64,000 nt of DNA, from the NCBI GenBank assembly GCA_021793215.1, contig JAJYTE010000001.1:18329-82328 (forward strand), written 5' to 3'. Numbering within the stretch: position 1 is the stretch's first letter; each line of letters begins with the position of its first letter. This document shows, piece by piece, positions 38,104 to 49,463 of the stretch. Origin of the DNA: Bacillota bacterium. GTDB taxonomy: Bacteria; Bacillota; Sulfobacillia; JAJZYS01; JAJYTV01. Position numbers and translations under genes: made by a program. The notes below the pieces were generated by a model. It was given only the letters and a program-made list of their open reading frames with translations. It did no database searches and had not been told where the DNA came from.

Positions 38104-40119
38104 TTGGCGATCGAGCTGCGCGCCGTCTCCCGCGTCTACCGCATGGGCAGCGAGGAGGTGCAGGCCCTGCGCGGGCTCTCGCTGCGCGTGGAGGATGGCG
38201 AGTTCCTAGCCATCCTGGGACCGAGCGGATCCGGCAAGACGACACTCCTGCACCTGATCGGCGGTCTCGATCGCCCGACCGCCGGCGAGCTCAGCGCGGC
38301 CGGGGTCTCGCTCGGCGAAGCCGACAGCGACGCGCTTGCGGCGTACCGCCGCACCCGCGTGGGCATCGTCTTCCAGTCCTTCCACCTCATCGGCTCCCTG
38401 ACGGCGTGCGAGAACGTGGAGATCGCCATGGCGCTGAACGGGCAGAGCGCCTCGGCCCGGCGGGCGCGGGCCGAGGCGCTGCTCGCCGAGGTGGGTCTCT
38501 CGGACCGCATGCACCATCGGCCGTCGCAGCTCTCCGGCGGGCAGCAACAGCGCGTCGCGATCGCGCGCGCCCTTGCGAACGACCCCGAGATTCTGCTCTG
38601 CGATGAGCCGACCGGCAACCTCGATACCGCCTCGGGCGAGCAGATCATGGAGCTGCTGAGGGAGCTGCACCGCGGCGGCAGGACGCTCGTCCTGATCACC
38701 CACAACCCGAGCCTCGTGGCGGACGCCGACAGGGTCCTCAGGCTGCTCGACGGCGCGCTCCAGGAGCTCGTGGGAGACGCGCCCGCGCCGCGCGAGGTGC
38801 GGTCGCGTGTGGATGCCGGAAGGATGCCGCTCGGGGACCTCCTCGGCTACGCCTGGCGCAGCATCCGCAGGGTCAAGGCGCGGGCCGTCCTCACGGGCCT
38901 CGGCGTCGCGATCGGCGTCGGTGCGATCGTGCTGATGGTCTCCTTCGGCCAGGGCTTGCAGCAGAGCGTGATCGCGCAGCTGAACGGGCTGGGCTCGGTG
39001 ACCCAGATCATGGTGAGCGGCGCGAAGAGTCAGAGCGCATCCCCGCTCGGCGTCTCGCTCGGCGCACCGTCGGCGCAGAAGCCCCTGAACGACCAGACGA
39101 TCGCCCGCTTCTCGCGCCTGCCGCACGTCGCAGGCGCCTACTACGCGGCGACGCTCGTCGCGACGGTGCATGAGGGGTCGCGCGGCGCGACGGTCGTCGC
39201 GCAGAACCTCGCGCCGCACCGCTTCCAGCTGCCGAGCCTGCGCAAGCAGCTGCGCATGGGCCGCATCCCCGGCGACTCCGAGCAGGCGATCGTGCTCAGC
39301 GACGGCTCCGCCGCGTACCTCCTGCCCAAGGGCGAGAAGACGACGAGCAAGAACCTCAGGCGCCTTCTGGGGCAGGAGATCCCTTTGCGCTTCAGCGGGG
39401 ACTTCGGATCGAACGGCCTCGACGGCAGCGCCTTCGCGCAGCCCGCCAGCGAAACGCTGAAGGTCGTCGGCATCATCCACGGCAGCGCGAGCTACGTGCC
39501 CTACCGCACCCTGCAGTCGATCCTGCGCCAGGGCAAGGGAAAGGAGGGGGAGGGGCCGGACGGCTTCCTCTACGACCAGATCACGGTGCAGGCGACGTCT
39601 CAGGCAGACGTTCAGCCGCTCGCGGACCGCCTAAGCCGCATGGGGTACGGCACGCGGACGTTCCAGAGCATCATCGACGCGCTGCACCAAGTCTTCCTGA
39701 TCGTCCAGTCCATCCTCGGTGTGATCGGCGGTATCGCGCTGGTCGTCGCGGGCCTCGGGATCGCGAACGTGATGATCGTGGCGGTGCTCGAGCGCACCCG
39801 GGAGATCGGGGTGCTGAAGGCGATCGGGGCGCGGCGGCGCGACGTCCGCCGCATGTTCCTCGCGGAGTCGCTGATCATCGGCGCCCTCGGCGGGGCGGTG
39901 GGGCTCGTGTGCGGCTGGCTCGCGGGGAAGGGGATCAACGCGCTCGTGAACCATTCGATCCTGCAGGGCGGGGGGCAAAGCGTCGCGCTGTTCGCGGTCA
40001 CGCCGTGGATCGCGTTCGGCGCCATGGCGTTCGCGTTGATCGTCGCGCTCGTGTCGGGCGTCTACCCGGCGAGCCGGGCGGCGGCGCTGAACCCCGTCGA
40101 CGCCCTGGGGCACGAGTAG
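38104..40119 (+). CDS. macB: MacB-type fused ABC ATPase/permease
   Basis: GPSGSGKT, LSGGQQQR, DEPTGNLD, GIANVM..AVLERTREIG.LKAIGA, YPASRAAALNPVDAL. Confidence 0.9.
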   Translation: MAIELRAVSRVYRMGSEEVQALRGLSLRVEDGEFLAILGPSGSGKTTLLHLIGGLDRPTAGELSAAGVSLGEADSDALAAYRRTRVGIVFQSFHLIGSLTACENVEIAMALNGQSASARRARAEALLAEVGLSDRMHHRPSQLSGGQQQRVAIARALANDPEILLCDEPTGNLDTASGEQIMELLRELHRGGRTLVLITHNPSLVADADRVLRLLDGALQELVGDAPAPREVRSRVDAGRMPLGDLLGYAWRSIRRVKARAVLTGLGVAIGVGAIVLMVSFGQGLQQSVIAQLNGLGSVTQIMVSGAKSQSASPLGVSLGAPSAQKPLNDQTIARFSRLPHVAGAYYAATLVATVHEGSRGATVVAQNLAPHRFQLPSLRKQLRMGRIPGDSEQAIVLSDGSAAYLLPKGEKTTSKNLRRLLGQEIPLRFSGDFGSNGLDGSAFAQPASETLKVVGIIHGSASYVPYRTLQSILRQGKGKEGEGPDGFLYDQITVQATSQADVQPLADRLSRMGYGTRTFQSIIDALHQVFLIVQSILGVIGGIALVVAGLGIANVMIVAVLERTREIGVLKAIGARRRDVRRMFLAESLIIGALGGAVGLVCGWLAGKGINALVNHSILQGGGQSVALFAVTPWIAFGAMAFALIVALVSGVYPASRAAALNPVDALGHE

Positions 40120-40136
40120 CGTCGCACGAAAACGCG

Positions 40137-40164
40137 CGGCCCGGCTCTTCAGAGAGCCGGGCCG
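40137..40164. terminator. Hairpin between convergent macB and aquaporin
   Basis: CGGCCCGGCTCT-TCAG-AGAGCCGGGCCG, with an A-run upstream on the + strand. Confidence 0.65.
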
Positions 40165-40178
40165 AACCGCGTCCCGAT

Positions 40179-40823
40179 CTAGCGGGTTCCGCGCACCGTG
40201 CGGTAGAGGCCCGCTGCGAGCACGGCGCCGACCACCGGACCGACGAGGTAGATCCAGAAGTCCGTCCAGGTTCCGGAGACTAGCGCGGGCCCGAAGGAGC
40301 GCGCGGGGTTGAACGAACCGCCCGAGATGCTGCCGGTGAAGAACGCGGCGGCTACGAGGGAGAGCCCTACGCTGAGGCCGCTCGCGGCCGCTGGGAACTT
40401 GGGGTGCGAGAGCGCGGAGACTCCCGTCATCAGGATGAACGTCCCGAGGATCTCCGCGCCGAGCGCCATGGTGACCGAGATGTGCGGCGCGGGCACCGTT
40501 GCCCCGAGGTGCGCGACGTTCCCGAAGAACAGCAGAAGCACGACTGCCGTGATGGTTGCACCGATCAGCTGGCTGATGATGTAGGGCACGACATCGCGCC
40601 AGGGGATCATGCCGAGCATCGCGAGTCCAATCGTGATCGCAGGATTCACCGCAGATCCCGAGATGGGTCCGAACGCGTACACCGAAACAAGGAGGCCGAG
40701 TCCGAAAGCCAGGACGATACCGATACCGCCGGGCTGCCCCGTCAGGCTTGTGGCGATGATGGCGCCAGTGCCGGGCAGCGTCAGAAGAATGGTTCCGAGC
40801 ACCTCCGCGCCGTACTTTCGCAT
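40179..40823 (-). CDS. MIP-family channel (aquaporin)
   Basis: Two NPA boxes (SAVNPA, SFNPARSFGPA), AE..GT, WIYLVGP. Confidence 0.92.
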   Translation of the reverse strand: MRKYGAEVLGTILLTLPGTGAIIATSLTGQPGGIGIVLAFGLGLLVSVYAFGPISGSAVNPAITIGLAMLGMIPWRDVVPYIISQLIGATITAVVLLLFFGNVAHLGATVPAPHISVTMALGAEILGTFILMTGVSALSHPKFPAAASGLSVGLSLVAAAFFTGSISGGSFNPARSFGPALVSGTWTDFWIYLVGPVVGAVLAAGLYRTVRGTR

Positions 40824-41129
40824 AGAGCTTCGCCTCCCTAAGACGCTAGATTACCCGAGGTGCGTCCCGGATAGGAAGCCTTGACACTCGCGGAAACCCG
40901 AGAGTTTGCGCAGCGGGCGCTCCGGGCGCCCAGCCACGCCGTGCCGTCAAGAAGGGCATCCTGTTGGGAGGGCCCGCGGGGCACGCCCACCATGCGTAAG
41001 ACGTACGCGGAATCATGAAAACTGCGCATCGCGCATGAAAGGTGAGCCGCGCTATAATGATGGCGCTTCGATGGCAATGGTCTTGGGACCCATTTCTGCT
41101 GGAAATCTGGCCGTGCGAGGAAGATACGT

Positions 41130-43934
41130 ATGGATCTCGGGGAGCTCTTTCACGGACCGAACCAAGGCGCGGCGCTCGAGCTCTACGAGCGCTACCGCCA
41201 GGACCCCTCGTCCGTCGACGCGAGGAGCGCGCAACTCTTCGCGGAGCTTGAGCGCGGCGGCGCGCTGGACTTCGGCGCCACGGCACAGCTGGCCGCGCCA
41301 AGCGCCCCAGTTGATACCCAGGCGATCGTGTTGGCGGCGCGCCTCGCCCGCAACATTCGCCAGTTCGGCCACCTGCGCGCGAAGCTCGACCCCTTCGGAG
41401 ACGACCCGCAGACCGATCACGCGCTGGAGCCGCAGGCCTACGGCCTGACCGAACGGCAGATGCGCGAATTGCCCGGCAGCATCGTCTTCCCCGGCGAGGG
41501 CGCGGCGGCGGGGGCGCTGCAGGACGCGATCGAGCGCCTGCGGGCGATCTACATGGGCCACATCGGCTTCGACATCAGCCATGTCCACGTCGCGGAGGAG
41601 CGGGAGTGGCTGCAGCAGGCCGCCGAGGCCGGCGGCTACCTGAAGATCGCGCCGGCCCGCCAGAAGGAGACTCTGCTGCGCCTGATCGCGGTCGAGGAGT
41701 TCGAGCAGTTCCTGCACCGTACGTTCCAGGGCCAGAAGCGCTTCTCGATCGAGGGCACGGACATGCTGGTACCGATGCTCGACGAGATCCTGGACGACGC
41801 CGCGCGCAGCGGAACGCACGAGGTCACGATCGGTATGGCCCACCGCGGCCGCCTCAGCGTGCTGACGCACGTGCTGGGCAAGCCCTTCGGTCAAATCTTC
41901 ACCGAGTTCCACGCCGGCCCCGCGGAGGAGGCCGACATCACCGGCGGCTGGTCCGGGGACGTGAAGTACCACCTCGGCAGCCGGCGGACGATTCAGGAGC
42001 CGGACGGGCCGGTGCAGCTGACGCTCGCGAACAACCCGAGCCACCTCGAGTTCGTCAACCCCGTCGTGCAGGGTATCACCCGCGCGGCGCAGGACGACCG
42101 CGAGCACGCCGGGCGCGCGCGCCAGGAGGTCTCCCGCGCGCTGAACGTGACGGTGCACGGCGATGCGGCGTTCCCCGGAGAGGGCGTCGTCGCGGAGACG
42201 CTGAACCTCTCGCGGCTGCGCGGCTACACGACCGGCGGAACGATCCACATCATCGCGAACAACCAGGTCGGGTTCACGACGAACCCTCCGGACGACCGCT
42301 CGACGCGCTACGCATCGGACCTTGCGAAGGGGTTCGAGATCCCCGTCCTGCACGTGAACGCCGATCAACCGGAGGCCTGCCTCGCGGCAGCGCGCATCGC
42401 GATCGCCTACCGCCAGCTCTTCCACAAGGACATCCTCATCGACTTGATCGGCTACCGGCGCTACGGGCACAACGAGGGAGACGAGCCGAGCTTCACGCAG
42501 CCGCTCCTGTACGCAAAGATCAAGGACCACCCGACGGTGGCCGCGCTCTACGCGCAGCGGCTGACGGCGGCGGGCGTCGTGAACGCCGAGGACGTGGACG
42601 CGCAGCGCAAGGCGGCTGAGCAGACGCTTCGCCAGGCGTACGACGACGTCGTCAACGGCAAGGAGAAGTTCCCGCACGGCATGCCGCCCGAGCGCGGCTC
42701 GGTCGAGCAGCCGGAGGAGCCGGGGGAGGACCGCCTGCGCGCGCTGAACGGCGCGCTCCTCGCGCGGCCCGAGGGATTCGAGGTCAACCCGAAGCTCGAG
42801 CGCCTGCTGCAGCGGCGCGGTGAACTGATCGAGAAGACCGATGGCATCGACTGGGCGCACGCGGAGGCGCTCGCCTTCGCGGCCATCCTCGAGGACGGCA
42901 CACCGATCCGCCTGACCGGCCAGGACACCGAACGCGGCACCTTTAGCCAGCGCCACCTGGTGCTGCACGACGTGCAGACCGGCAAGACGTACGCGCCGCA
43001 TCGCCACCTCCAGCAGGCGCGCGCCAGCTTCGATGTGCACAACAGCCCCTTGTCGGAGGCTGCGGCGCTCGGCTTCGAGTACGGCTACAGCCTGCGGGCT
43101 CCCGAGGCGTTCGTGCTCTGGGAGGCCCAGTTCGGGGACTTCGCCAACGCCGGCCAGGTGATCGTGGACCAGTTCATCTCCGCCGCCCGCGCCAAGTGGG
43201 CCGAGACATCGGGCCTGACGCTCCTGCTGCCGCACGGCTACGAGGGGATGGGGCCGGAGCACTCGAGCGGCCGAGTGGAACGCTACCTGCAGCTCGCCGC
43301 GGAGGACAATCTGCGCATCGCGAACTGCACGACCTCCGCGCAGTACTTCCACCTGCTCCGCCTGCAGGCGGAGGCACTGAAGGAGCGGCCGCGCCCGTTG
43401 ATCGTGATGACGCCGAAGAGCCTCCTCCGCCACCCGCTGGCGGCGTCGAGCCTCGTGGACCTGGCGCACGGTCGGTTCATGCCGGTGCTGGACGACGCGC
43501 GGGCCGAGGGGCGCAAGTCCGAGGTGGAGCGGCTCGTATTCTGCAGCGGCAAGATCGCGGTGGAGTACCGCCAGAAGGCGCAGGAGAGCCGTGACGCCGA
43601 GCGCGGTGCGCTGCTGCGGGTCGAACTCCTCTACCCGTTCCCGGAGGCCGAGATCCGCGAGATCCTCTCGACATACCCTGCGGCCCGCGAGTTCATCTGG
43701 CTGCAGGAGGAACCGCGCAACATGGGCGCTTACGCGTACATCGCGCCGCGCCTGCAGGCGCTTCTGCCGGACGGCGCCGAACTGCACTACGTCGGGCGCC
43801 CGGACCGGGCGGCCACGGCCGAGGGCATGCCGGACGTCCACCAGGCGGAACACGAGCGCATCCTGGCGGCCGCCCTCGGTGGCAATCTGCCCGTGAAACT
43901 CGAGATGCGGGGTGGGAAGAGACGTGCCAAGTGA
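41130..43934 (+). CDS. sucA: 2-oxoglutarate dehydrogenase E1
   Basis: [53 protein letters not shown]. Confidence 0.97.
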   Translation: MDLGELFHGPNQGAALELYERYRQDPSSVDARSAQLFAELERGGALDFGATAQLAAPSAPVDTQAIVLAARLARNIRQFGHLRAKLDPFGDDPQTDHALEPQAYGLTERQMRELPGSIVFPGEGAAAGALQDAIERLRAIYMGHIGFDISHVHVAEEREWLQQAAEAGGYLKIAPARQKETLLRLIAVEEFEQFLHRTFQGQKRFSIEGTDMLVPMLDEILDDAARSGTHEVTIGMAHRGRLSVLTHVLGKPFGQIFTEFHAGPAEEADITGGWSGDVKYHLGSRRTIQEPDGPVQLTLANNPSHLEFVNPVVQGITRAAQDDREHAGRARQEVSRALNVTVHGDAAFPGEGVVAETLNLSRLRGYTTGGTIHIIANNQVGFTTNPPDDRSTRYASDLAKGFEIPVLHVNADQPEACLAAARIAIAYRQLFHKDILIDLIGYRRYGHNEGDEPSFTQPLLYAKIKDHPTVAALYAQRLTAAGVVNAEDVDAQRKAAEQTLRQAYDDVVNGKEKFPHGMPPERGSVEQPEEPGEDRLRALNGALLARPEGFEVNPKLERLLQRRGELIEKTDGIDWAHAEALAFAAILEDGTPIRLTGQDTERGTFSQRHLVLHDVQTGKTYAPHRHLQQARASFDVHNSPLSEAAALGFEYGYSLRAPEAFVLWEAQFGDFANAGQVIVDQFISAARAKWAETSGLTLLLPHGYEGMGPEHSSGRVERYLQLAAEDNLRIANCTTSAQYFHLLRLQAEALKERPRPLIVMTPKSLLRHPLAASSLVDLAHGRFMPVLDDARAEGRKSEVERLVFCSGKIAVEYRQKAQESRDAERGALLRVELLYPFPEAEIREILSTYPAAREFIWLQEEPRNMGAYAYIAPRLQALLPDGAELHYVGRPDRAATAEGMPDVHQAEHERILAAALGGNLPVKLEMRGGKRRAK

Positions 43935-45201
43935 AATCACGGTTCCGCAGCTCGGCGAGTCGATCGTCGAGGCGACGGTCGGCCGCTGGCTGAAGCAACC
44001 GGGCGATCAGGTTGCCCAGGGCGAGGCCCTGGTCGAGCTCGAGACGGACAAGGTGAACCTTGAGGTGCAGGCGCAGGAGGCCGGCGTACTGACGGAGGTG
44101 CGCAAGGCGGAAGGGGATACGGTCGGCATCGGCGAGGTGCTCGGCCTTCTCGGAGAGTCTGGAGCGGGCGCTGCTCCGTCGGCTCAGCCCGCGGCGGCCG
44201 CCGCCGCCCCGGTCGGGCAGCCGAAGGCGGCCGAGCCCCCGGCCGCGCCGGCGACCCCCGCGCCGACCCCGGGCACCGCCGAGGAGACCGGCGGGCCGAC
44301 GTCGCCGGAGGTTCGCCGCCTCGCGCAGGACCTGCAGGTGGACCTCGCCAGGGTTGCCGGCAGCGGACCGCGTGGCCGAGTGACCCGCGAGGACGTCCTA
44401 GCGGCGAACGCGGCATCGCACGGCGCGGCGAAGGCTCCGGTTGCCGCTGCCCCTGCGGCACCAGCCTCGTCCGCGGGTGCACTGCTCACGGAGGGACAGG
44501 GCCGGCGCGAGGAGCGCCAGCGCATGTCGCGCCGACGCCAGACGATCGCCCGGCGCCTCGTCGAGGCACAGCACCAGGCGGCCATGCTCACGACGTTCAA
44601 CGAAGTCGACCTCTCCGCCGTGATGGCGCTGCGCCGGGAGCGCAAGGACGCGTTCAAGGAACGGCACGGCGTATCGCTCGGGCTGATGTCCTTCTTCACG
44701 AAGGCGACGCTCTCGGCCCTCCACGCCTTCCCCCGACTCAACGCGGAGATCCAGGGCGACGAGATCGTTCTCAAGCGCTACTATGACATCGGGATCGCCG
44801 TCTCGACCGACGAGGGGCTCGTCGTGCCGGTGGTGCGTGACGCCGATCGCCTGAACTTCGCAGGCATCGAGCAGGCGATCGCGGCCCTGGCGGAGAAGGC
44901 GCGCGGCGGCACGCTGACGCTCGAGGACCTGAGCGGCGGGTCGTTCACGATCACGAACGGCGGTGTCTTCGGCTCTCTGATGTCGACTCCGATCCTCAAC
45001 GCACCGCAGGTCGGCATCCTCGGGATGCACGGCATCGTCGAGCGGCCCATCGCGGTGAACGGCGAGGTCGTGATCCGTCCGATGATGTACATCGCGCTCT
45101 CGTACGATCACCGTGTGGTGGATGGCAGCGAGTCGGTCCGCTTCCTGCGCCATATCAAGGAGTGCTTGGAGGACCCGACGAAGCTGCTGCTCGAGGGTTG
45201 A
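43924..45201 (+). CDS. sucB: Dihydrolipoamide succinyltransferase E2
   Basis: Lipoyl ETDKV, E3-binding [23 protein letters not shown]. Confidence 0.97.
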   Translation: MPSEITVPQLGESIVEATVGRWLKQPGDQVAQGEALVELETDKVNLEVQAQEAGVLTEVRKAEGDTVGIGEVLGLLGESGAGAAPSAQPAAAAAAPVGQPKAAEPPAAPATPAPTPGTAEETGGPTSPEVRRLAQDLQVDLARVAGSGPRGRVTREDVLAANAASHGAAKAPVAAAPAAPASSAGALLTEGQGRREERQRMSRRRQTIARRLVEAQHQAAMLTTFNEVDLSAVMALRRERKDAFKERHGVSLGLMSFFTKATLSALHAFPRLNAEIQGDEIVLKRYYDIGIAVSTDEGLVVPVVRDADRLNFAGIEQAIAALAEKARGGTLTLEDLSGGSFTITNGGVFGSLMSTPILNAPQVGILGMHGIVERPIAVNGEVVIRPMMYIALSYDHRVVDGSESVRFLRHIKECLEDPTKLLLEG

Positions 45202-45265
45202 GGGTAGAGGGGACGCGGCGCGGCGGCCTTGGCCGGCGCGCCGCGTCCTCGCAGGAGGGGGACCT

Positions 45266-46462
45266 TTGCGGATCGGCGCTTCCCAGACCGCGGAGCGGGT
45301 GGCATGGCTCGCGAACTTCGGCATCGGCCTGTTGGCGACGTCCTACGGGGCGGCGCTGCCGGCGCTCGTGCACGACCTGGGACGCGGCTACGCAGCCCTC
45401 TCGCTGCTGTTCGTCGCCTTCGCAGCGGGCAATACCGTCACCTACTTCCTCGCGAACCCCCTGATCGACCGCGGCGGAGTGCAGCGTGTGCTCGTCGCCG
45501 GACTCGCCACGTTCTTCGCCGCGGGGCTGGCGCTGGGGCTCGCGCGCAGCTTCGGGGCGTGGGTCGCTGCGACCCTCGTGATGGGCATCGCCTTCTCCCT
45601 GGCGGACGTCTCGGCCGCGCGCCTCGTAGGTGCGCTCCACCATCAGGCCCCGGCGCACGCCATGAACCGCTTGAACATCTACTTCGGCATCGGCGCCATC
45701 GCGGCGCCGATGATCGTGGGGTTCTCGGTGCACCTGGGAGGCGGTCCGCAGCCTGTGTTCCTGCTGATCGCCCTCTGTGGTGGGGTCGGCGCAGCGGTGC
45801 TTTCGCGGCTGCCCCAGCCCCCGCGCCGCCAAGCGGAGACGAGCAGCCGGGGGGACTCCTTCGCGCGCTACTTCCGCCAGGCGCGCTGGCTGCAGCTCCT
45901 GACGCTCATGATCTTCTTCTACATCTCGGCCGAGGTGGGCTTCGGCGCCTGGATCGCCGCCTACGTGCACCTTAGGGCCGGCCTCAGCACGGCGGTGGCG
46001 GCGCTCTATCCGTCCGCGTACCAGTTCGGCTTGATCAGCGTGCGCCTGATCGTGGCGCGCTCCCTCGCCGTGCTGCGGCTTGAGCGCATGCTGGCGCTCG
46101 GAGGGCTGGTGGCGGCCATGGCGACGCTGGGCGCGGCGCTGGGCGGGGCGAACGCATGGCTTGCGCTCGCGGGCGCGTTCTTGGCCGGGGTGGGCTTCTC
46201 TCCGGCCTTCCCGGTCGCACTGACGCTCGCGAGCGTGCGCGGGCCCGGCCGCGAGGGGTGGACCTTCGGCGCCGTCTTCTCGGCGCTCGCGCTGGCGGCG
46301 TTGATCGCGCCCTGGGCGGAGGGGCAGGTGTTCGGCCGGCTGCCGCTCGTGGCGCTGCTGCTGACCCCGCTGAGCGCTCTGGTGATGGCCGGGTGCGCGA
46401 TCCTCTTGATGCGCTCGCCCGCGGCGCCCTCGGATCGGGTGCCCGCGCAGAACGTCGGCTGA
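45266..46462 (+). CDS. MFS transporter (FucP/TsgA-like)
   Basis: About 12 TMs, MNRLNIYFGIG, FFYISAEVGFGAW. TTG start after GGAGG. Confidence 0.8.
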   Translation: MRIGASQTAERVAWLANFGIGLLATSYGAALPALVHDLGRGYAALSLLFVAFAAGNTVTYFLANPLIDRGGVQRVLVAGLATFFAAGLALGLARSFGAWVAATLVMGIAFSLADVSAARLVGALHHQAPAHAMNRLNIYFGIGAIAAPMIVGFSVHLGGGPQPVFLLIALCGGVGAAVLSRLPQPPRRQAETSSRGDSFARYFRQARWLQLLTLMIFFYISAEVGFGAWIAAYVHLRAGLSTAVAALYPSAYQFGLISVRLIVARSLAVLRLERMLALGGLVAAMATLGAALGGANAWLALAGAFLAGVGFSPAFPVALTLASVRGPGREGWTFGAVFSALALAALIAPWAEGQVFGRLPLVALLLTPLSALVMAGCAILLMRSPAAPSDRVPAQNVG

Positions 46463-46489
46463 TCCGCATCGCGGCGGAGGGAGTGTGAC

Positions 46490-47287
46490 ATGGGCAAGCG
46501 GTTCGGTGTCGCCACGCGAAGGAGATCTCAGGCGCAGGCCCTCGACTTCAGCTTCTGGGAGAGCAAGGGCAGCAGCGGAGCGGTGGCCGCGTCCCCGCCC
46601 TCCTCCGTGCCGATGGTCTCGGCGTTCGCCGACAACCGCGTGGCGCGCGCGCATCCCGACTGGGTGCAGGTCGGGCCGGACGGCGAACGGGGCGACCGAT
46701 CGGCGCGCTACTTCGACTGGTCGACGCTCTGCCCGACGCGGGACGATGTGTTCAGGCTCGCACTCTTTTGGGCGACGCAGGCGGCGAACGGGAACGGACT
46801 TCGGCTCGACGACGTGAACTACGCCCGGCAGGGCTACTGCCAGTGCGAGGAGTGCCGGAAGGCGATCGCGCAGGGCGGGGTGGCGCCCGAAGAGTTTCGG
46901 CGAACGCGCATCGCGTCGTTCCTCCGCGCGGTGCGATCCGAGGTGAAGGTGCCGCTGTACTTGACGCTCTACCCCGATCCGTACCCGGGCCATCTTGAGA
47001 GGCGCTTCGGCGTCGACCCCGATGTACTGTCGGAGTTGGTGGACACGTTCATCGTGCCGATCTACGACCTCGCCTACAGCACGACCTACTGGCTCGAGGC
47101 GCTCGCGATGGGCTTCGCCGACCGGCTGCGCCGGCCGTTCCTCGTGGAGCTCTACGGGCTTGACGTACCCGAGGAGCGGCTCCGAAAGGCGGCCGAGGTC
47201 GCGATGGCGTACGCGGACGGCGTGCTGATCGCCTACGACAGGGACGACGCCAAGGTTCTGCGCATTCGCGACAGCGTACTGGGCTGA
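46490..47287 (+). CDS. Conserved hypothetical protein, glycoside-hydrolase-like barrel with Cys cluster
   Basis: HPDWVQV, YFDW..LCP, LDD, YCQCEEC, LYPDPYPGHL, PIYD..YSTTYW; SD GGAGG. Confidence 0.7.
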   Translation: MGKRFGVATRRRSQAQALDFSFWESKGSSGAVAASPPSSVPMVSAFADNRVARAHPDWVQVGPDGERGDRSARYFDWSTLCPTRDDVFRLALFWATQAANGNGLRLDDVNYARQGYCQCEECRKAIAQGGVAPEEFRRTRIASFLRAVRSEVKVPLYLTLYPDPYPGHLERRFGVDPDVLSELVDTFIVPIYDLAYSTTYWLEALAMGFADRLRRPFLVELYGLDVPEERLRKAAEVAMAYADGVLIAYDRDDAKVLRIRDSVLG

Positions 47288-47373
47288 GGGACCCATCGCA
47301 GGCCCAGAGGCGTGATGGTGACCCACTTGCCGCTTGATGGGTGCAGGCGTGCCGCCCGGACTCGAGTTTCCGC

Positions 47374-48250
47374 ATGCCGTCGGGGCAAGAGATCGTGGTG
47401 GAGCGCGTCATCGACGCGCCCCGCCGTGCCGTGTTCGAGGCCTGGGTCAGGCCGGAGCGCCTGGTGCACTGGTGGGGCCCGCGTGGTTTCGAGAATGTGG
47501 TCCAGGAGATGGACGTGCGCCCAGGCGGCGCGTGGCGCATCGTGCAGCGTAGTCCCGACGGCGCTGTGCACCCGTTCCGGGGTTCCTACCTCGAGGTCGC
47601 CGCACCTGAACGCCTCGTCTTCACCCAGCGGTACGACGTGGCACCGTGGGCTGAGGAGCAACTGCTCGTCACGCTGATCCTGGCGGATGCGGAGGACAAG
47701 ACGCGGCTCTCCCTCACGGATCGGTTCGCTTCGCAGCGCGAGCGCGACGAGAACCTCGGGAGGGGCGTTCTCGAGAGCCTGGAGCGCCTTGCAAAAGAGC
47801 TCGCACCGCGCGCCTCGGAGGATGGAACGGCGCTCGAGATTCTGGCTGTGCGTATGCTGGATGCGCCGCCAGCTCGCGTGTGGGAGATGTGGACTGAGCC
47901 GAGTCATCTTGCCCGCTGGCGGGGACCGCAGGGCTTTACGACGACTACCCAGGAGATGGACGTGCGTACGGGCGGCGTCTGGCGGTTCGTGATGCGGGGA
48001 CCGGACGGCGCCGTGTACCCGACGTGTACAGTGAGGTGCAGCATCCCTACCGCGTCGTCTACCAGCACACCGTCGTTCCGCGCTTTGAACACGAGGTGAC
48101 GTTCGTCGAGATGGGCGGCAAGACGCGGGTCATGGTGCGTATGCGCTTCGCCTCGGCGGCCGAGCTGGAGACCGCCGCGCGGGAGTTCCATGCCGAGGAG
48201 GGATTGGCCGAAACGATGGCCCGTCTGGGGCGAGAACTCGCGACCCCCTA
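47374..48250 (+). pseudogene. Tandem SRPBCC (AHSA1-like) protein, frameshifted in domain 2
   Basis: Two R..DAP...V...W..P..L..W.GP.GF / MDVR.GG.WR domains. The frame changes near 48020 and the C-terminus continues in ORF 48024-48251. Confidence 0.7.
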
Positions 48251-48332
48251 AAGGTGCGGCTCGCATGCCGCGCGACGGCGCGCGGACAGACGAGTATGCT
48301 ATAGGAAGTTGCGCCCATCGGGAGGGGTAGAG

Positions 48333-49400
48333 ATGGCGGACTTCGCCCAGAATGTCCCGCTCGCCCCGTTGACCACCCTTGGACTCGGCGGGCCGGCGCG
48401 CTTCTACGCCGAGGCGCATAGCGAGACCGAGCTACAGGATGCGCTTGCGGCCGCCCGCACGCAGGAGCTCGACGTACAGATTCTCGGTGGCGGGAGCAAC
48501 ACCGTTTTCCCGGACTCCGGCTACCGAGGGCTCGTGGTGCGCGTCGGGCTGCGCGGCGTGCGCTTCGCCGACGATGGTGAGGGCGTGCTCGCGACCGCCG
48601 CGGCGGGCGAGGACTGGGACGCCTTCGTCGCGCTGTGCGTCGCGAAGGGCCTGCAAGGCCTCGAGTGCCTGTCGGGGATCCCCGGCTCCGTGGGCGCGAC
48701 GCCGATCCAGAACGTCGGCGCCTACGGCCAAGAGGTCTCGCAGACGCTGGTGGAGGTTCGTGCGCTCGATCGCGCAACCCTCGAAGAGGTGACGTTCAGC
48801 GGCCCCGAGTGCGCATTCTCCTACCGCAGCAGCCGGTTCAAGGCACAGGATGCCGGCCGTCACGCCATCCTCGCGGTGAGCTACCGGTTGCGCCGCGGCG
48901 CGCGGCCCAGCCTCGGCTACCCGGAGCTTGCGCGCGCGGCGCAGGCGCTCGGGGTTCCCGAAGCGGAGCCGGGAGATGCGCTCAAGCTGACGCGCCACGC
49001 GGTGCTGACCCTGCGCCGCGGCAAGTCGATGGTCTACGATCCGCAGGACCCGCACTCCCATTCGGTCGGCTCCTTCTTCCTGAATCCGGTACTGGACGAC
49101 GCCGCGTACCGCACGCTCTGCGAACGCTTGCGCCTGCGCTTTCCGGAGGATCCACCCGAGCCGCCCGTCTTCCCTGCGGACGGCGGACGCAAGGTGCCGG
49201 CGGCCTGGCTGATCGAGCGGGTGGGGTTCACCCGTGGCCTGCGCCGCGGCGGAGTGGGCATCTCCCGCAACCACACCCTTGCGCTCGTGAACTACGACGG
49301 CACGACGAGCGAGCTTCTGGCACTGGCTCGAGAGATCCAGGCGGGAGTGGAACGCGCCTTCGGAGTGCGCCTGCAGCCGGAGCCTGTGATCGTCTCGTAG
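48333..49400 (+). CDS. murB: UDP-N-acetylenolpyruvoylglucosamine reductase
   Basis: LGGGSN, GLECLSGIPGSVGATPIQNVGAYG, YRSSRFK, GSFFLNP, H.LALVN, L.PEP. Confidence 0.95.
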   Translation: MADFAQNVPLAPLTTLGLGGPARFYAEAHSETELQDALAAARTQELDVQILGGGSNTVFPDSGYRGLVVRVGLRGVRFADDGEGVLATAAAGEDWDAFVALCVAKGLQGLECLSGIPGSVGATPIQNVGAYGQEVSQTLVEVRALDRATLEEVTFSGPECAFSYRSSRFKAQDAGRHAILAVSYRLRRGARPSLGYPELARAAQALGVPEAEPGDALKLTRHAVLTLRRGKSMVYDPQDPHSHSVGSFFLNPVLDDAAYRTLCERLRLRFPEDPPEPPVFPADGGRKVPAAWLIERVGFTRGLRRGGVGISRNHTLALVNYDGTTSELLALAREIQAGVERAFGVRLQPEPVIVS

Positions 49401-49422
49401 GTGGCGAGCGTCCAGCAAAAGT

Positions 49423-49450
49423 AACGTCCCCGGCACGCGCCGGGGACGTT
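49423..49450. terminator. Bidirectional terminator hairpin
   Basis: AACGTCCCCGGC-ACGC-GCCGGGGACGTT flanked by A and T runs. Confidence 0.7.
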
Positions 49451-49463
49451 TAGTTTGGAGCGG

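Noticed and set aside
41014-41058. CATGAAA direct repeat before TATAAT upstream of sucA
   Set aside because: Plausible activator site, but too short to assign and no recognisable -35.
41052-43940. 962-aa minus-strand ORF
   Set aside because: Mirror frame of sucA. The same applies to most long overlapping ORFs in the track.
41130-45201. sucAB without an adjacent E3 (lpdA)
   Set aside because: Normal in Bacillota, where E3 is shared from the pyruvate dehydrogenase operon.
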